Part shown: one piece after another, positions 48,585-61,451 of the stretch
Numbering within the stretch: position 1 is the first letter of the stretch
How the letters are laid out: the number at the start of each line of letters is the position of its first letter
Assembly: GCA_001949185.1 (NCBI GenBank)
Contig: BDGG01000011.1
Location: 579,552 to 643,551, forward strand
From: Ramazzottius varieornatus
Lineage: Eukaryota > Animalia > Tardigrada
Reading direction: 5' to 3'
Length of the DNA: 64,000 nucleotides
The notes under the pieces: generated by a model
Database searches by the model: none
Told to the model about the DNA's origin: nothing
What the model saw: only the letters and a program-made list of their open reading frames with translations
Position numbers and translations under genes: made by a program

Positions 48585-49330
48585 TACTGTATTCCCTCAA
48601 TAGTTCTGCGAATTACGTCATCACCTCGGTAAATTACACCTGCAGCAGTTTCTACACACGATAGGTTGAATGTTTGATTCTCGGCTGTCTTATATTCCCT
48701 TGCTGCACATTCTTTTGTCATCTTTTGACCGGAAGGACATCTGATAAGTTTATTGTTGCTATAAAGCCTAAAACTCAAAGTTCTCACTCCGTTGACGAGG
48801 CAAAGCGTCATGTAGATGCGTTGGGAAGAGGGAAGGGAGGCCTTCTGAGTTATGCCAAGTCGGTCGGAATCCCTGAATCGACACTGCGTCTTTGGAAGTA
48901 AGCACGATATATTATTGATTTGAAAACTCAAACTTTTTCTCAATGATTCCTCTCTTGTACCGATCTGGGAAGCTGCCGGAGAACGTCAACAATTCCGGAA
49001 GAAAGGTCGGACACCCTGAACTCGAGTATGAAGTCTTCAGCCGACACCTGAAGTGTCTGAAGGAGTTCAAACCAACTCGAGATTTCGATTTGCAGAGGAT
49101 CGGTCTTGCAGTTGCATTCGAGCGAGGGATCACGGGGTTCAGGGCATCGAAAGGATGGGTAGAGAAGTTTAGGAAGCGGCGGGGATTGTTTTGAGAGTCA
49201 CAACGAAGATCAGCCGAAAGTTCGCGCAAACGGATAATTTTCGCAACAGACAGATAATTTTCTATCCCCGCCGGGCAACATTTACACAGACCGTCACGTG
49301 ATTTGCAGAACTATCGAGGGAATATACAGT
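48585..49330 (+). mobile_element. Internally deleted pogo-like transposon with MITE family B ends and a CENP-B-type DNA-binding region
   Basis: Both ends match the two distinct ends of MITE B over about 60 bp; interior YAKSVGIPESTLRLWK and SGRKVGHPELE...GFRASKGWVEKFRKRRGL (HTH_Tnp_Tc5-like). Confidence 0.8.
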
Positions 49331-49973
49331 TCTCACGGACTACTTTCGAAAGGAAGTATCGCCAAACGCTCCCAGAAAAGTGAGCAACGTATTGTTTCTA
49401 AATGGCAGTTTCTTAAACAAACAAGGGCAGATTGTTTTCCAAGGTGGCGCACGGTTGGATCTCATAGTGGACGGCTAGATGCTCGGTTGAAAGGATGGAA
49501 ATTTGGTCGACCAGAAACGTCATCCGCAGACAGTATCGTCAAGTGTGTTCTTCTGTCTGTTTGTCTTTGCTGCCTTTCTGTGGTCTTCAGCTTGCTTCAT
49601 GTTGCAGACACCGATAGTTTTTCCAGGATTCATGAACCTCTGGTTTAACTCTTTCGATCAGTTTCACTTAGCTTCGCTGTTTGTTCGTATCTGTACCTGG
49701 AACGATTGCAAAGTCAGCCGGAGCTGCGTTTGGCTGTGGAGGGGATAAGGACTGGAACGGCAGTGGTATCCGAGCAGGAGGAAAATTCGAACTGAGGAGG
49801 ATCAGCAAGGCTGGACGAGCACGTGCAATATGTGATTTTCCCTCTCGTTATCGTGCTCTGTTTATCCAGAGCAGATCGCCGTAACAGGCCAGGCCAGTCA
49901 CCACCCGAGAACTCAAGTCCAATGTGCGATAACTACGCAAACGGAAGCCGGCAAACAGTTTCCGTCATTACAG

Positions 49974-50116
49974 TACTGTAAGGCTTCATGAACTTCGCGA
50001 ATCCCATCATATGCGCGAAACATCCCTTGGAGGGTTGGTAATGCAAATTTTCGGACGGGGTTTCAGCTGTACGCGTATGATGACGCAACTCGCGAAGTTC
50101 ATGAAGCATTACAGTA
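49974..50116. mobile_element. MITE family C copy 3
   Basis: TACTGTAAGGCTTCATGAACTTCGCGA...TCGCGAAGTTCATGAAGCATTACAGTA. Confidence 0.8.
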
Positions 50117-50119
50117 CTG

Positions 50120-50830
50120 ATAACCGCACTGCACGCTATTTTGGATGTGGCGCACTTTTCAGCGTACCCTGGCGTTACTATTGGCCGCGCATGCTTGAAC
50201 ATGTGCGCAAGTATGTGCGAGGTTGCACGCATTGTTAAATCCCAGTGTAACGGACTCACTGAAGCTTGCAACAATGTTCTTGCCGTCATGTTGTCCATCT
50301 GTGTGAGTCAGCAGTTTGGGGCAGTATGGGAAGCTCTTTCGGGCACCAGTCCGAAGACTGCAAGCATGTATCAGTCAGAGCGATCAAACGATCGCATACG
50401 AGCCTTGTACGTCACCCTACACAGGCGTCAGGCGTGCTGATACGTCACTTTCTGAACAGCCAGTCAAAAAGTCAGCCCTAATAAAACCGGCTATAGGTTA
50501 CACACCTCTCTGCATGTTACATGGTAGGGAGCGTTGGTCTGTGCTTGACACCCAGCTTGGATCGTTAAAGGTAACCAAAAAGACGAGCGCACGCGAATAG
50601 CTGCGAGCTTTGGTCGAAAGGATTCGAAGTGCTCATCAAGCTGCTCGCGACAGTATTTTGAAGGTCCAGACAGGCTGTTTTGACGGCAAACGACCGAAGA
50701 GTTACCAGGGAATACAAGCTCGATGATCTCGTGTTACTGTATACCCCTATTACCGAAGAAGGTTTATCACCAAAATTCCCACTATTCTGGTCCAGACCGG
50801 ATTGTAATCCGGAAGTCGAAACTGAACTAT
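50120..50830 (+). mobile_element. Ty3/gypsy integrase remnant
   Basis: RYYWPRMLEHVRKYVRGCTHC (integrase zinc-binding region), SQCNGLTEACNNVLAVMLS (rve core), GYTPLCMLHGRE and YKLDDLVLLYTP...GLSPK (GPY/F region); frameshifted. Confidence 0.7.
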
Positions 50831-50905
50831 GAAACTGAATCCGTTCGTGCAACGTATCGGTATGAATCCACGGCCGAAGAAATGGCGAATGTACGTTGCT
50901 GATTA

Positions 50906-51368
50906 AGGATACGCATTCCGTTTTTCGCTCCGTTCCTGATTCCGCCTGCAAAATAGGAATTCCGTTCCTCTCCAGCTGATCCCGAGTTGGAGCACTGGAA
51001 TTCCGAATCGGAGTATAAGCCTCAGACCAGAATTCCGCTCGTCGAAAGTCGGTTTTCCGCAGTGGAATTACCAGTTTTCGCGACGATTGGCGCAGTTCCA
51101 CGCACTGTTTGGGAGCTCGGCAGACAAATTCGGCGAGGTAGGTTTTCCCAAGTGGCGCAGATTTCAAATGTGACTGGCTGAAAGCATGCGCAACTTGGGA
51201 AACCACCCTGAAGAGCTTGTTAGCCGGGGCCCAGCCGATCTTCCGACTGGGTTTTCGCCTTCTATAGTGCAGTTTTGGTATTCCGATCTTTGATCTGGCC
51301 GAACTCCGAATTCGGAATTCCGCTTCGAATTCCGTTCCAGGGAGAAGGTCAGGCGGAATGCGCATCCT
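50906..51368. mobile_element. TA-flanked TIR element with GGAATTCCG internal repeats, hosting a palindromic 27-nt-spacer element at about 51110-51230
   Basis: TA|AGGATACGCATTCCG ... CGGAATGCGCATCCT|TA; nested cores at 51150-51159 and 51187-51196 with a 27-nt spacer. Confidence 0.65.
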
Positions 51369-51954
51369 TATTGCCGATAATATGGGGGCATAAGTTGTTT
51401 GAAAAGTCTGAGATCTGAAGTCAGGAAAACTTTGTGCAGACTTTCGTCCACAAAGATGCAAGTCACACTTTCGCACCCGATAGATGTTAACACAAACAGC
51501 GGAAAATTTTCTTTTGAGACCGTCAAGCAGCCCTGGTCGTGTAGAAGACGCTTTTCTTTCGGCTTTTCAGAAAACAGTGCTCGTATTGAACGTATACGTG
51601 TCGTTGGGTTGGAACTCCGACATACTCCTCGGATATTTCTAAAAAAATATGAAATGTGAGCCACACTTGTTACTACTGTATAAAACAAACGTGTTAGAAT
51701 AAAGCGAGACATTTCTTACAGAAAGTACGCAGACATTCAGTTATGAGTATCGAACCATATTTCTGACATAGCCTAAATTTTGGCAGAATGCGAGCAAAGG
51801 TTTGCAGGACGCTCTTCCATTGGAGTGAAAGGGATAGTAGAGTGGATCAGGATATCTATTGATAGCATTTGTTTCATCCTACCGTATCATCCGTAGGAAA
51901 TCTTGCGAGATATGTGTTGAGTAGGCATTCGTGCGGAATTGCTGATCCCTGAGA

Positions 51955-53031
51955 TCAGGCACGGCCCGAGGTTGCAAAGCGAACTAATTTTCCGTCTGTC
52001 GCTCGACGGGTAGTGTTGGAGTTCAAGACTGTGAATAAAAAGATGAAAGGTGCGAAGCCGTAGCCTGAGAGGTTCCATGTTGCTAACCAAGCATACACGG
52101 ATGGGGAAAAGCTTATCAGCTTGGGAGAGCCTAACATTAGCAGGTGGTAAAACGTTATGGGTGCCCAAAATATTGCTGTGTGGAAGGCTATCCAGGCCAG
52201 TACTACTAGACTTTTCAGTGAATGATGTCTTCTTGAGGCCGATCCAGAACTTGGCGTGGTGCCTTGAACCCCTCGCGATATTGATGGCAGCGCGTTACCT
52301 GCTGACAAAGTTGGTAACTGCGAGACTCTATTCGGGCCACTCGCATTGGGCCGAACTTTTAGTTGTCTTTTCTTCCTTGCGGTCAGCTGAATAACGAGGA
52401 TTATGTAGATGATCGGGATCAAAAATACTGGGACGTTCAAAAATATACGAGCAACAATGGAGTACAAGGGATGGGCTGCGTCGTCCAGTCTGCATGTTTC
52501 AGATTTTCGAGTGCGATAAATATCATCCAGAACAATCATAGGGGATATAAGAGTAATGCCGAGAAACCAGGCGAGAGCACATAGAGCATATGCCAAACGT
52601 TTCGTGTGATGGGCTCGGTAGTGATGCGGAGCATATATTGCCCAGATGCGATTCATCGCAATCAAAAGCTCGCTATATGCACTTACGATACCACCGGCGT
52701 AGATGAGGAAGAGCACTGCAGAACAACCATGTTCACTATATGGCCAATGGCCAGCAAAGACTTGCCGAGTGAAGAATGCAGAGAAGACTGCGCATAGCAA
52801 ATCTCCCAACACTACGGAAGCCGCATAAATCATGAAAGCTGAACGTTGTGTCCACATCGCGTAGTGGCAGAAAAACAAACTGACTGAAGATAGTGCAATT
52901 ACTGACTGACTTGCCGATACGGATCTCTGTAGGTAGTTCATAGACTGTCGATTCGATGATGACAAATTAAGCAAACTGCTTTGAGGAGTATTTACCAGCC
53001 CGCCATGGAGTCCAACTTCCGAGCAGTTCAT
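51955..53031 (-). CDS. Intronless class A GPCR, orphan
   Basis: 358 aa; 7-TM pattern; TM3 ends AMNRIWAIYAPHHYR; TM6 FWAP; same atypical motif class as 27724-28791. Confidence 0.8.
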   Translation of the reverse strand: MNCSEVGLHGGLVNTPQSSLLNLSSSNRQSMNYLQRSVSASQSVIALSSVSLFFCHYAMWTQRSAFMIYAASVVLGDLLCAVFSAFFTRQVFAGHWPYSEHGCSAVLFLIYAGGIVSAYSELLIAMNRIWAIYAPHHYRAHHTKRLAYALCALAWFLGITLISPMIVLDDIYRTRKSETCRLDDAAHPLYSIVARIFLNVPVFLIPIIYIILVIQLTARKKRQLKVRPNASGPNRVSQLPTLSAGNALPSISRGVQGTTPSSGSASRRHHSLKSLVVLAWIAFHTAIFWAPITFYHLLMLGSPKLISFSPSVYAWLATWNLSGYGFAPFIFLFTVLNSNTTRRATDGKLVRFATSGRA

Positions 53032-55029
53032 TTTTACTACAAGACCATCAATTTCCGTAGCATTGGTGATTGTGATGCACAGAATTCGAAGGGAAAGACA
53101 TCTGACGAACCCAGATGCCGGCTGGTCGTACGCGATTCAATCGAGCGATAAGCCAGTTGGGAATCGATTTGGAAAAGCTCGACCTATTGCACAACCCCGG
53201 AGGCACGAGAACCTTTCACAGCTTCATAGGTCAGATGGTGACCCTGTGTGGGCAAGTCTCCGAATTGTTTCAGTGCCACGAGCGGTCTGATCAAAACATA
53301 TATTCGCAGCTACCTACGATCGCCATATGGGACTTTCCAGCGTCTTTGTGTGCTGCTGAAGTGGCAGTGATTTGGCACGCTATGGTCGGTAAACGAGAAG
53401 AGTAATGTATGATGAAGCATATTAGCGATATGATTCGCTTCGGACAGAACGTTGCGGTAGTAATCCCACCCATCACGCTCATACGTTCGATAGGTCATGA
53501 GGCTCCCCATAGTGATCTTGCGTCTGATAGACCCCAGAGTGTTCTGCTGTTCATTCCTTTTGCGACCAGAAAGTTAAGCAGTAGCTGAGACCTGGTGACA
53601 AACGGCGATCAAAATACTGACCACATCATGACTCACATAAACAGATGAAAACTAGGTTAGTTAGGTAACTGCAACGTATGGTACAGTGAAAATGTAACCG
53701 CAGTTTCCGGACGGCACGAAAAGTTGTATAACTGTAGCAAGAAGGCTGCGGAGTTGGTTAGCAGCTACGTCACAGGAGCTAAAAGTTTTGCGGTGAGAAA
53801 CCGAGGAAAACGCGATTTTCATAGTGTGAAAACCGAATATGTATATGGCGAAAACGATCACCTTAGTCAACTTATAAATCAGCTCACAGCGAAAACTTGA
53901 CTGATCGAGAGCGTACAATTAACGGTCTGAGCAATGAGGCACCCAGTCAGCGCGGGGAACAGCGGTTTTTGTCGTTCGCCTTTCCACGCAGCGACATCAA
54001 TCAGTCAGTCTGAGAGTCGCGGGGCTAAAGACAGGCACGGCCTTAGTTTAGTTCGGCTTAGCCCTGACGACGCTTCGGCTCTTCATTTTCATACGACTTA
54101 CCAAGAAATTTTCGACGGTCTCTGGCTTTTTGACGCGAAACTCTTAGTCCGTTTAGCGCATTAGGCACATTAAGTCCACTAGGTTACCATGAACGACTAG
54201 CTCGTTATGAGTAACTACGTGGACTTTGCGAACGCTCGAAAAAGCTAGTTGGTGTGGTAGACGGTAACACGAACAACTGCAAATAACCTACTTGAAATTA
54301 GCGTTCACAAAGTCCTAGTTATTGACGTGGTTTACTATCTGCTAATTCCGAAATTGCTGACTTTGTCGTATCGCATTCCCGCGATGCTTCTTGCGTTCTC
54401 ACGACCAGTTCACATTTGGTCGTTCACAAGTAACCCGCAGCTTTCGTTGTAATATTGTGGGCGTCCCTTTTCTGCCAGTTAAAGGTCTGTGCTCGCAATG
54501 AGCACGCTGGTGAATTGCCGACACGAAAAGCTTGGTAATCAGTATGTTAAGAGGTTCAGAAGCTATCACAGTAACACCGTCCAAGCGAGCAAACGAAAAC
54601 CAAAACTGGGGAAGGTCTCGAAAAGCGAGACGTCCACTAAACAGTGGGTACATGAACGAGAAGCAGGCACAGCAGTCGACGTTCGCTGACCGGTGTCCGG
54701 CGTTTTGCTTGCATCTCATAAACCAAAATGAAACAAGAACACTTTGTTGTAGGTTTAATTCTTACCTAACATGTGGTTGGCCTTCGCTGCAGACTGCGGA
54801 TCGTTGCACCACGGCAGGGCCAATCTCCTTATCTGATGATGGCGTTAAGATCAGAATCAGCTGCTCTAGTTGACAGCAGCCCATTCACTGGACTGCGCGC
54901 GTTTGTTTTCTGCATACCCATAAGGAACGTTCGGTTGGACCTAGCTTGCACGTGGATATCTGAACATGTACCGTGGCAAGCCTGAGATAAGTAGCGTTTG
55001 TGAATAGCTTATGTGATCACTGACCCGCA

Positions 55030-56234
55030 ATGGATCCTCCAGCCTCATTTTCCGGTTTTTCTTCTGATTTATTCAACCTCTTGCAGTATTTGTGTATGCT
55101 GTCGGCTATTTTGATTCCAGTTATATGGAAGATTTACGTATTTAACACAGAATTCCGGTTTTACGGGAGACACGTCTTTTATGGTTTCTGCGTTATGCTG
55201 ACCAGTCTGCTGAGTATCCCCTTAGCTCTGCGCAATCCGGGCGATCCCAGCAACGCTAGGTACGATAATGTCCGTCCATCCTCGCGAATGGGAATGTGTG
55301 CCCGAGGCTGTTCTCCCAATTCAAAATTTGGTTGTAGAGATGCTGTTGCGTGGATTTTCGTTAAACTACTGAAAGTTCCACAGCTTTTCGGCATCACCGT
55401 TGAAGCCAGAGGACTGAAAAACTTTGATGTGAAAGGACCTTTCATTGTTGTTTGCAATCACCAGACATCGCTGGATTTAATACGTAAGTGACGGCAAAAC
55501 ATGAAATCTCAGCGTTTAATTCAAACTATCGGTTTGGCCTGAAGAATGTTTTTTTTGTTTCAGCCATGTGCTCAGTGCTTCCATCGAGATGCGCTTCAAT
55601 GGCCAAGCGTGAACTAATGTATGCTGGACCGTTTGGCCTGGCCTTCCTCTTATCTGGAGGCGTTTTCGTCGACAGACGGCCAGGAAAGTCTCGCGATACT
55701 ATTGAACGTACTGTCCGGCAATTAAAGCAAAAGAACGTAAGACTTGTCACTCATGTCCGAAATCCATCCCTGCACCATTACAGTATCACATGATTTCGTA
55801 GCTTTTTGGCTTTACAGGCAGGGCTATGGATATTTCCAGAAGGTACTCGAAATCACGCAGGTGGATTATTGCCTTTCAAAAAGGGTGCCTTTCTCATGGC
55901 TGTCCAAGGGCAATTTCCCGTTATCCCGGTGATTATCTCGAGTTACTCGGCTTTCTACGACCTAGCTGCGCGCAAATTCGAATGTAAGTTCGGCCAGAAC
56001 GAAACTTCTACCTTCCTATGCCACGTTGTGTTTTACCACTCTCTGTTCTCGTTTTCAGCTGGGAAAGTGATCGTGACAGTTCTTCCGCCAGTATCTTCCA
56101 AACCTTACACCGTCGATAGTATTCAGAATTTTGTTGACGATGTCACATCGAGTATGTTAGCCGTATACGAATTATCTTCAAAGGAAGCTTTATCTGGTTC
56201 GGTTGGATGCTCTGCAGAAAAACATGACTCATAA
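55030..56234 (+). CDS. 1-acyl-sn-glycerol-3-phosphate acyltransferase (AGPAT1/2-like)
   Basis: Five exons (about 55030-55259, 55338-55483, 55564-55736, 55819-55983, 56059-56234); NHQTSLD, AKREL, FVDR and IFPEGTRN...LPFKKGAF motifs. Confidence 0.92.
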
Positions 56235-56508
56235 TCTCATTGTCTTGTCTTACCACGATGAAGACAGTGAACGGAAACTAACATAGATCCGATGCACAGA
56301 TCAAGTTGCCACCGCTGCATGAAAGTGCACACCTACGGCACGTATAGTACACGCCCCAAAAATATCACAGCACAAATTATTGTTGCTGTGATCGTAGTGG
56401 CGAGCCCGTGGCGCTCCTGATTTCCCTGTGGCTGGTTACAATATCAATGTACAAGAAGTATGAGCACTCGTGCTCGATGCTAAAACAACCGCCTGTGCTT
56501 GGCTACCA

Positions 56509-56551
56509 GTGGCTTTTGTGGCTTTTGTGGCTTCTGTGGCTTCTGTGGCTT
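56509..56551 (+). repeat. 9-bp tandem repeat (GTGGCTTYT), 4-5 units
   Basis: GTGGCTTTTGTGGCTTTTGTGGCTTCTGTGGCTTCTGTGGCTT. Confidence 0.8.
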
Positions 56552-58633
56552 GGGGTTACCAGTAGCCGCTCGAGGGGTCACTAGTGGCGAATGGGACTGC
56601 TGGTGGCAACTAAATACTCCAGGAGTCTCCCGTGGCCATCACTGGGTACGCTGGCAGTCGGATGCACGAGAAGAGCTGGCAGTGGTTGCAGGAGCCAAAA
56701 ACCGGACGTTTCTCTGTTTTTGGCAATTGTTTTTTTGGCCTTTCAATTACGGCAGTTTGTTGGTCGTTGCTCGGAGTTCATTGCCTGCTTTTCGTGAACA
56801 AAAACTCAGGCAGCGTATGTGTAAGGTACGAAAACGCCTTCCTTTATTGGACCGGGATCTGACACTTCACAAAAATCTCGTAAATTTTTGTTCACGAGTA
56901 ATGCGGGTTAGTAAAACTCGCAAAACGTCAAAAAAGTTTCGAAAAAATGTTTTACCTGCGTTAACGTATTTACATTATATTTCCCGCCAGTTTCAAGTTT
57001 ACTGATTTTCTCGTTTTAGTCGTGACGTTCTGATTTCACTGCCAAGTTTCGTATCTTAGTCTCTGGCTTTTGGATTTCCTTCCTGGCATTTCAGTTTCAC
57101 TCTCACAAATTTCAGTTTTAGTCCCACTCTATACATTTTTGTCTTCCGGTTTTGAATCATCGTCTCAGCGTTTCAGTGACCGTCTCATACATTTTGGCTT
57201 TCGTCTCAGCTTTTCGATTTTATTCTTTGCCTTTTCAGTTTTCGTTCTGCACTACAGTTTTACTCTCGGTTATAGTCCCGGGACTAAAACTGTAACTGAA
57301 GAAAAGACTGAATCTATTATGGTCTAGACGGCAACTGAACACAGCACTGGTATGTAGAGACCATACTGTAACTCTTGTAAATACTGCGAACTTGGTTCTG
57401 TTGAATTTTGGTCTCGAACAAGTGTTTGAATGTGTCCGTTTCCATCTTACTTCTTCGTTCTACCAAAGGATAAACAATGAAACGCGGTGGATTTTGCCAC
57501 TTTCAGGCGTCTACGAATTAACTGCGCGATGGGGAAACGCTAGCAAAACATCTTCTGAAACGCTCCTTCACCCAACGCGGTAACACTAAGTACATAACCT
57601 CAGGCGGGTAGAGAAACGCTGACGTTCCTTTGGAGCGGTCCAACCGCACACCGACAAATTTGGGGTACGAGGTAAAGGACATGGAGTTTTCCAGTGAGAA
57701 TTTCGGACATGAAAATTTCCAGGTTGTTTTAACGTGGCTGCTGGTCAGAATGCGTCGTACGGTAAGTCAGTCAATAGAGAAAGTCCTTCTGATCATAGCC
57801 AAGCCGTCTTCCGAGTCATTTGACGGTGCAAAGGTGACAAAGGAAGGTCTGCAGGAGGCAGGATAAAAACCAATGTCAAAGAGCCTGGACAAGAAATAAA
57901 ACGTAGGCCTGAAGAGGCGCTTGTGTAGTCTTTTACGGAGACGTACGGCAAGACGTCACACCTCCGTTCTGGTCAACTCCTAAAATAACATAAGTGATTA
58001 ATGGATGCTCTACAAAGCCTCCGACGCATTATATTCTAAGCTTAGAATATTCTTGTGACACTCGCATTGTTTTCAACCTTACCGAGATTCCTGACTTTCC
58101 TGGTGCGAGTACAGCAATTTGTGTGTCTTTTTTCTGCATTATTTGAGTTCTTACCTCTAGGTGATATGTGGGAATCAGGGAATAGTGATGTAACGGAGAG
58201 CTTGGTTTTTTGGAAAAAGAAGTGCAACTGAATGTTTACATTGCACCGACTATTCGTTACCGTACCACAGATCTTAGCTGCGGTTGCACATTCCAGTCTG
58301 TAAGACGTCACGTGACAAAACAGTCAGATATTGTGGTGTCACCCTACACCGCTGTTTGGAAATTTTCATGTCCGAAGTTTCCACTGGAAAACTCCATGTC
58401 CTTTACCTCGTATGTGCATTTGAACTGATATTCAGCTGATGGTTGGCATTTTGAAGGATGCACTGTTGCTTGACGTACTCGTACAGAATATTAAATTTAC
58501 CTTTTATTTCGAACGACTACATCTGTGGACAAGCCTGTACGCGGGTTTGATGGCGCGAGATGCAGAAACCGTAAGTTCTGATTATGAAATCGCGCATTCT
58601 CCCGTACAAATCATGCGACTCTCCTAAACACTG

Positions 58634-59215
58634 ATGAGTTGTATAAAAGGACGGAGGTTTTTGGAACTTCGGGTCTCACTCCTCGTAACTGTGTTCATTG
58701 TTCTTCTTGCTTCGCTGGCCGTTCTTTGTGCATATTATCATCGAAATCCGGTGCCCGTTGCCTTTCTCACCAGTCAGCACGTTGCAGATGCATGGCTAAC
58801 GGGAATGAGGACTCTGCGATGAAGTGAGCGCCTCCGGCTGGACACTGCCGTCTGCCTGGCAGTGCTGGTGGTCCTAGGTGAGATCCGTCGCTCGAGTACT
58901 CGAATACAGGCAGCCTCACGTAACATGCCACAGAAAAATCTGATAGAGAGAGATGATAAACTTGAACTCCGTTATGGAGTATGGACACGAAACGATGAAT
59001 TCGGGATACAGTCGATTACGTTCAAGCTAGCAATAACAGCAATATCAGTAACTGACTCAAAACGAGCGTATACTACTGTGGACGACCAAGAATTGTCAAG
59101 TCTTGTCAAATACTGTAGAGATAGCACTGGCTGCCGACTGACAGTCGACAGGACCATTCGTTGCCGAGATTACCCTGAACTGACCGACGTAGACACAGTC
59201 TTAACCGCGGGCAAA
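58634..59215 (+). pseudogene. Possible type II membrane protein fragment, unassigned
   Basis: Signal-anchor-like N-terminus (RVSLLVTVFIVLLASLAVLCAYY), a TGA at 58820, then a further ORF in the same frame; no family recognised. Confidence 0.25.
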
Positions 59216-61040
59216 GTTAGGACCAGAATCCTCGTACGGTTTATCTGGGACTGCTGTCTTGTCCCCTTGCACGGATAGTGTCATTCGCGAGAGCGAGTTT
59301 TGCTGTTGTAGCCATCTTCGCAGTATTTGTGGGTTTCTGGGCCACGATCAAACAATCAACTCGTTGCACAGTAAAAAGTACATAGGGTGTAGTTCATTTG
59401 CATGTCACGTGACTGCGCAGAACCTTGGAGGTAATACAGTAGTTTCTTGCTGAATGAATGACACGATCGACTACGGCTAACTGACAACGTAGGTCAAACT
59501 GGAACATTGCGTTCCGCTCGCTCTTACCCGCGACCGTGCCGTAACAAACAGTCTGTCCGTCTGCAAGTAAGACGGACAGACTGAGTGACTGTCTCGTGAG
59601 CTCGATAATTCTGTAAAAGTTATCAAAACAATACTGACCGTGAAAAGAATCATAGTTTTACAACAAATGAAATTTCGTGTTTCTGACCCGGTGTGTCACT
59701 TTATACTGTAATCCCAAATTTGTCACGGTTAAGACTGAAGCTTCTGAAGTTTCCTAAACTGTCCGCCCGAGAAACCTCTTTGTTTACTTCGATAATGACG
59801 TTCTTTTCTGTGTTCTTCGCTATGTGGATGGTAATGAGTTTTTGGATGTGCTACACTACAGATGGACTCGGTATCAGCCTTTTCCAAACCTCAGCCAAAC
59901 CGAACTGCTCTAAAGAGCAAAGGTTGTTAGGCCTCAGTTGTCCTTGCACATTGCCGAACATATCCTGCAAAGGTAAGTTTTATCTCATTTAAAAATATCT
60001 TCCGTCAACACGTGAGAGACTTGGATGTTCAATGATGACTTCTGTACATCGTTAAAACTTCGTTTTGCTTCGACGGTACTTGTCAGTTTTCAAAACTGAC
60101 GGCGACTCCGACACTGTCCTCCTACACCGTACCTTGCGGTCTGGGACTGAGACAATCTTTTCCCGGTTTGGACATCACGGTTGGTACTATTGGCAAACTT
60201 CTTCGCTCAATAAACGAAGTTAATATGGGTCCGAAAGACCCCACCGTTCTACCTTTCGGAGCCCGTTGTAGCGAGAGCGGATACCCGCCAGCGAAGCGCA
60301 AACGGATAACACGGTATAAGTGGTCTATGTGCGGGTGACGGGTCGCTCTGCAGTGCGGCAAGGCACTGTGAATTTTCAAAAATTTAGTTTTTGTGTCGTA
60401 AGTCTAAAAGTGTGATTTCTGCGTCTCTTCCTCAACGTCTTTCTTCGTTACCGTACGTGAAAGTAGTTTTCTTCTGTCGTCTGTGGCTTTTGGATAACCT
60501 GAAGCACTCAGCAGTTGATTTCCGAATCCTTTCTGTTCCCATCCTTCCCATCCTTTTGCGGAGATAATTTTTTATTCGTGAAGACGACTGAATATTTTTA
60601 GTCCCGATGAAATTTTACAGAGCTCTGCCCCTAAACAATTTCCCCTGAGCCCTCACCCCTGAGGAACCCTGGGCACCTCGCTCCGGCGGATCGGCTCTAG
60701 ACCGTTCGGCGTATGACGTCACTCAGAGGCATAAAGGGGGGTCACACGGTAATCGTCCATTGTGCGAAGAAGTTTGCTATTGGACTTCTGATCATGTTCT
60801 TCTGATCATTCATACAGTAAATATGGTCACTCATCCTTCCGTGCAGTTCGCAGGTGGCGGGAGTCCCGTTGTTTGTAACACGGATCCCGTCAACTACGAG
60901 TCTACGACAACCCTCTTCAGACCGTCTTTGTCATTTCCGAGTATCTCGACAACGATCCGACCGATCCGTTTGAGCCGCCATACTCCCCTTTCCTTAACAT
61001 TAACAAGATCACTGGAGAGGTTAGCTCTTTCGTAACGCAG

Positions 61041-61451
61041 GATATCAGATTTCCCCCTGCTGACCCTCATATCCTGATAAGTACCGTGAAAGCCATTTCC
61101 ATCTTGTTGGCAAACACCGAAGCTTCTGGTGGGTACGAAGCAACACTCGATACTCAGATTTACAGACGATACTGCATTGATGCTCGAGGTGTGCGGAACA
61201 ACACTTTTACCTTCGCGGTAAGTAAAACATAATGTGACCGAATCGAATGGTCCTGTTAAACAGTAACTGTTGTGAGCTGATGCTCTTAATCAGAGTGCAT
61301 TAATATTCCGCAGGTGACGTACACCCAGTGCCCGGATGCGATGGGTCCTATATACCTGCCTCCGTGGATTCCGTATTTAAACCGTTTGTATGACTGCTCA
61401 GAAGTAAAAATTTTTAGTGTGTCCGGAACACCTCATGACATCCTTAATTGA
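61041..61451 (+). CDS. Possible exons of a small unknown gene
   Basis: AG/GT-bounded open exon 61041-61217 and a phase-compatible exon from 61314; no homology recognised. Confidence 0.2.

Noticed and set aside
50147-50190. ATGTGGCGCA as another palindromic-element copy
   Set aside because: No right core or outer arms; it lies within the gypsy integrase remnant.
50565-51476. 303-aa minus-strand ORF
   Set aside because: It runs across three different repeats; a chance open frame.
60714-60737. TGACGTCA (CRE site) followed by CATAAA as a promoter
   Set aside because: Short motifs expected by chance in 64 kb; the downstream gene is itself uncertain.
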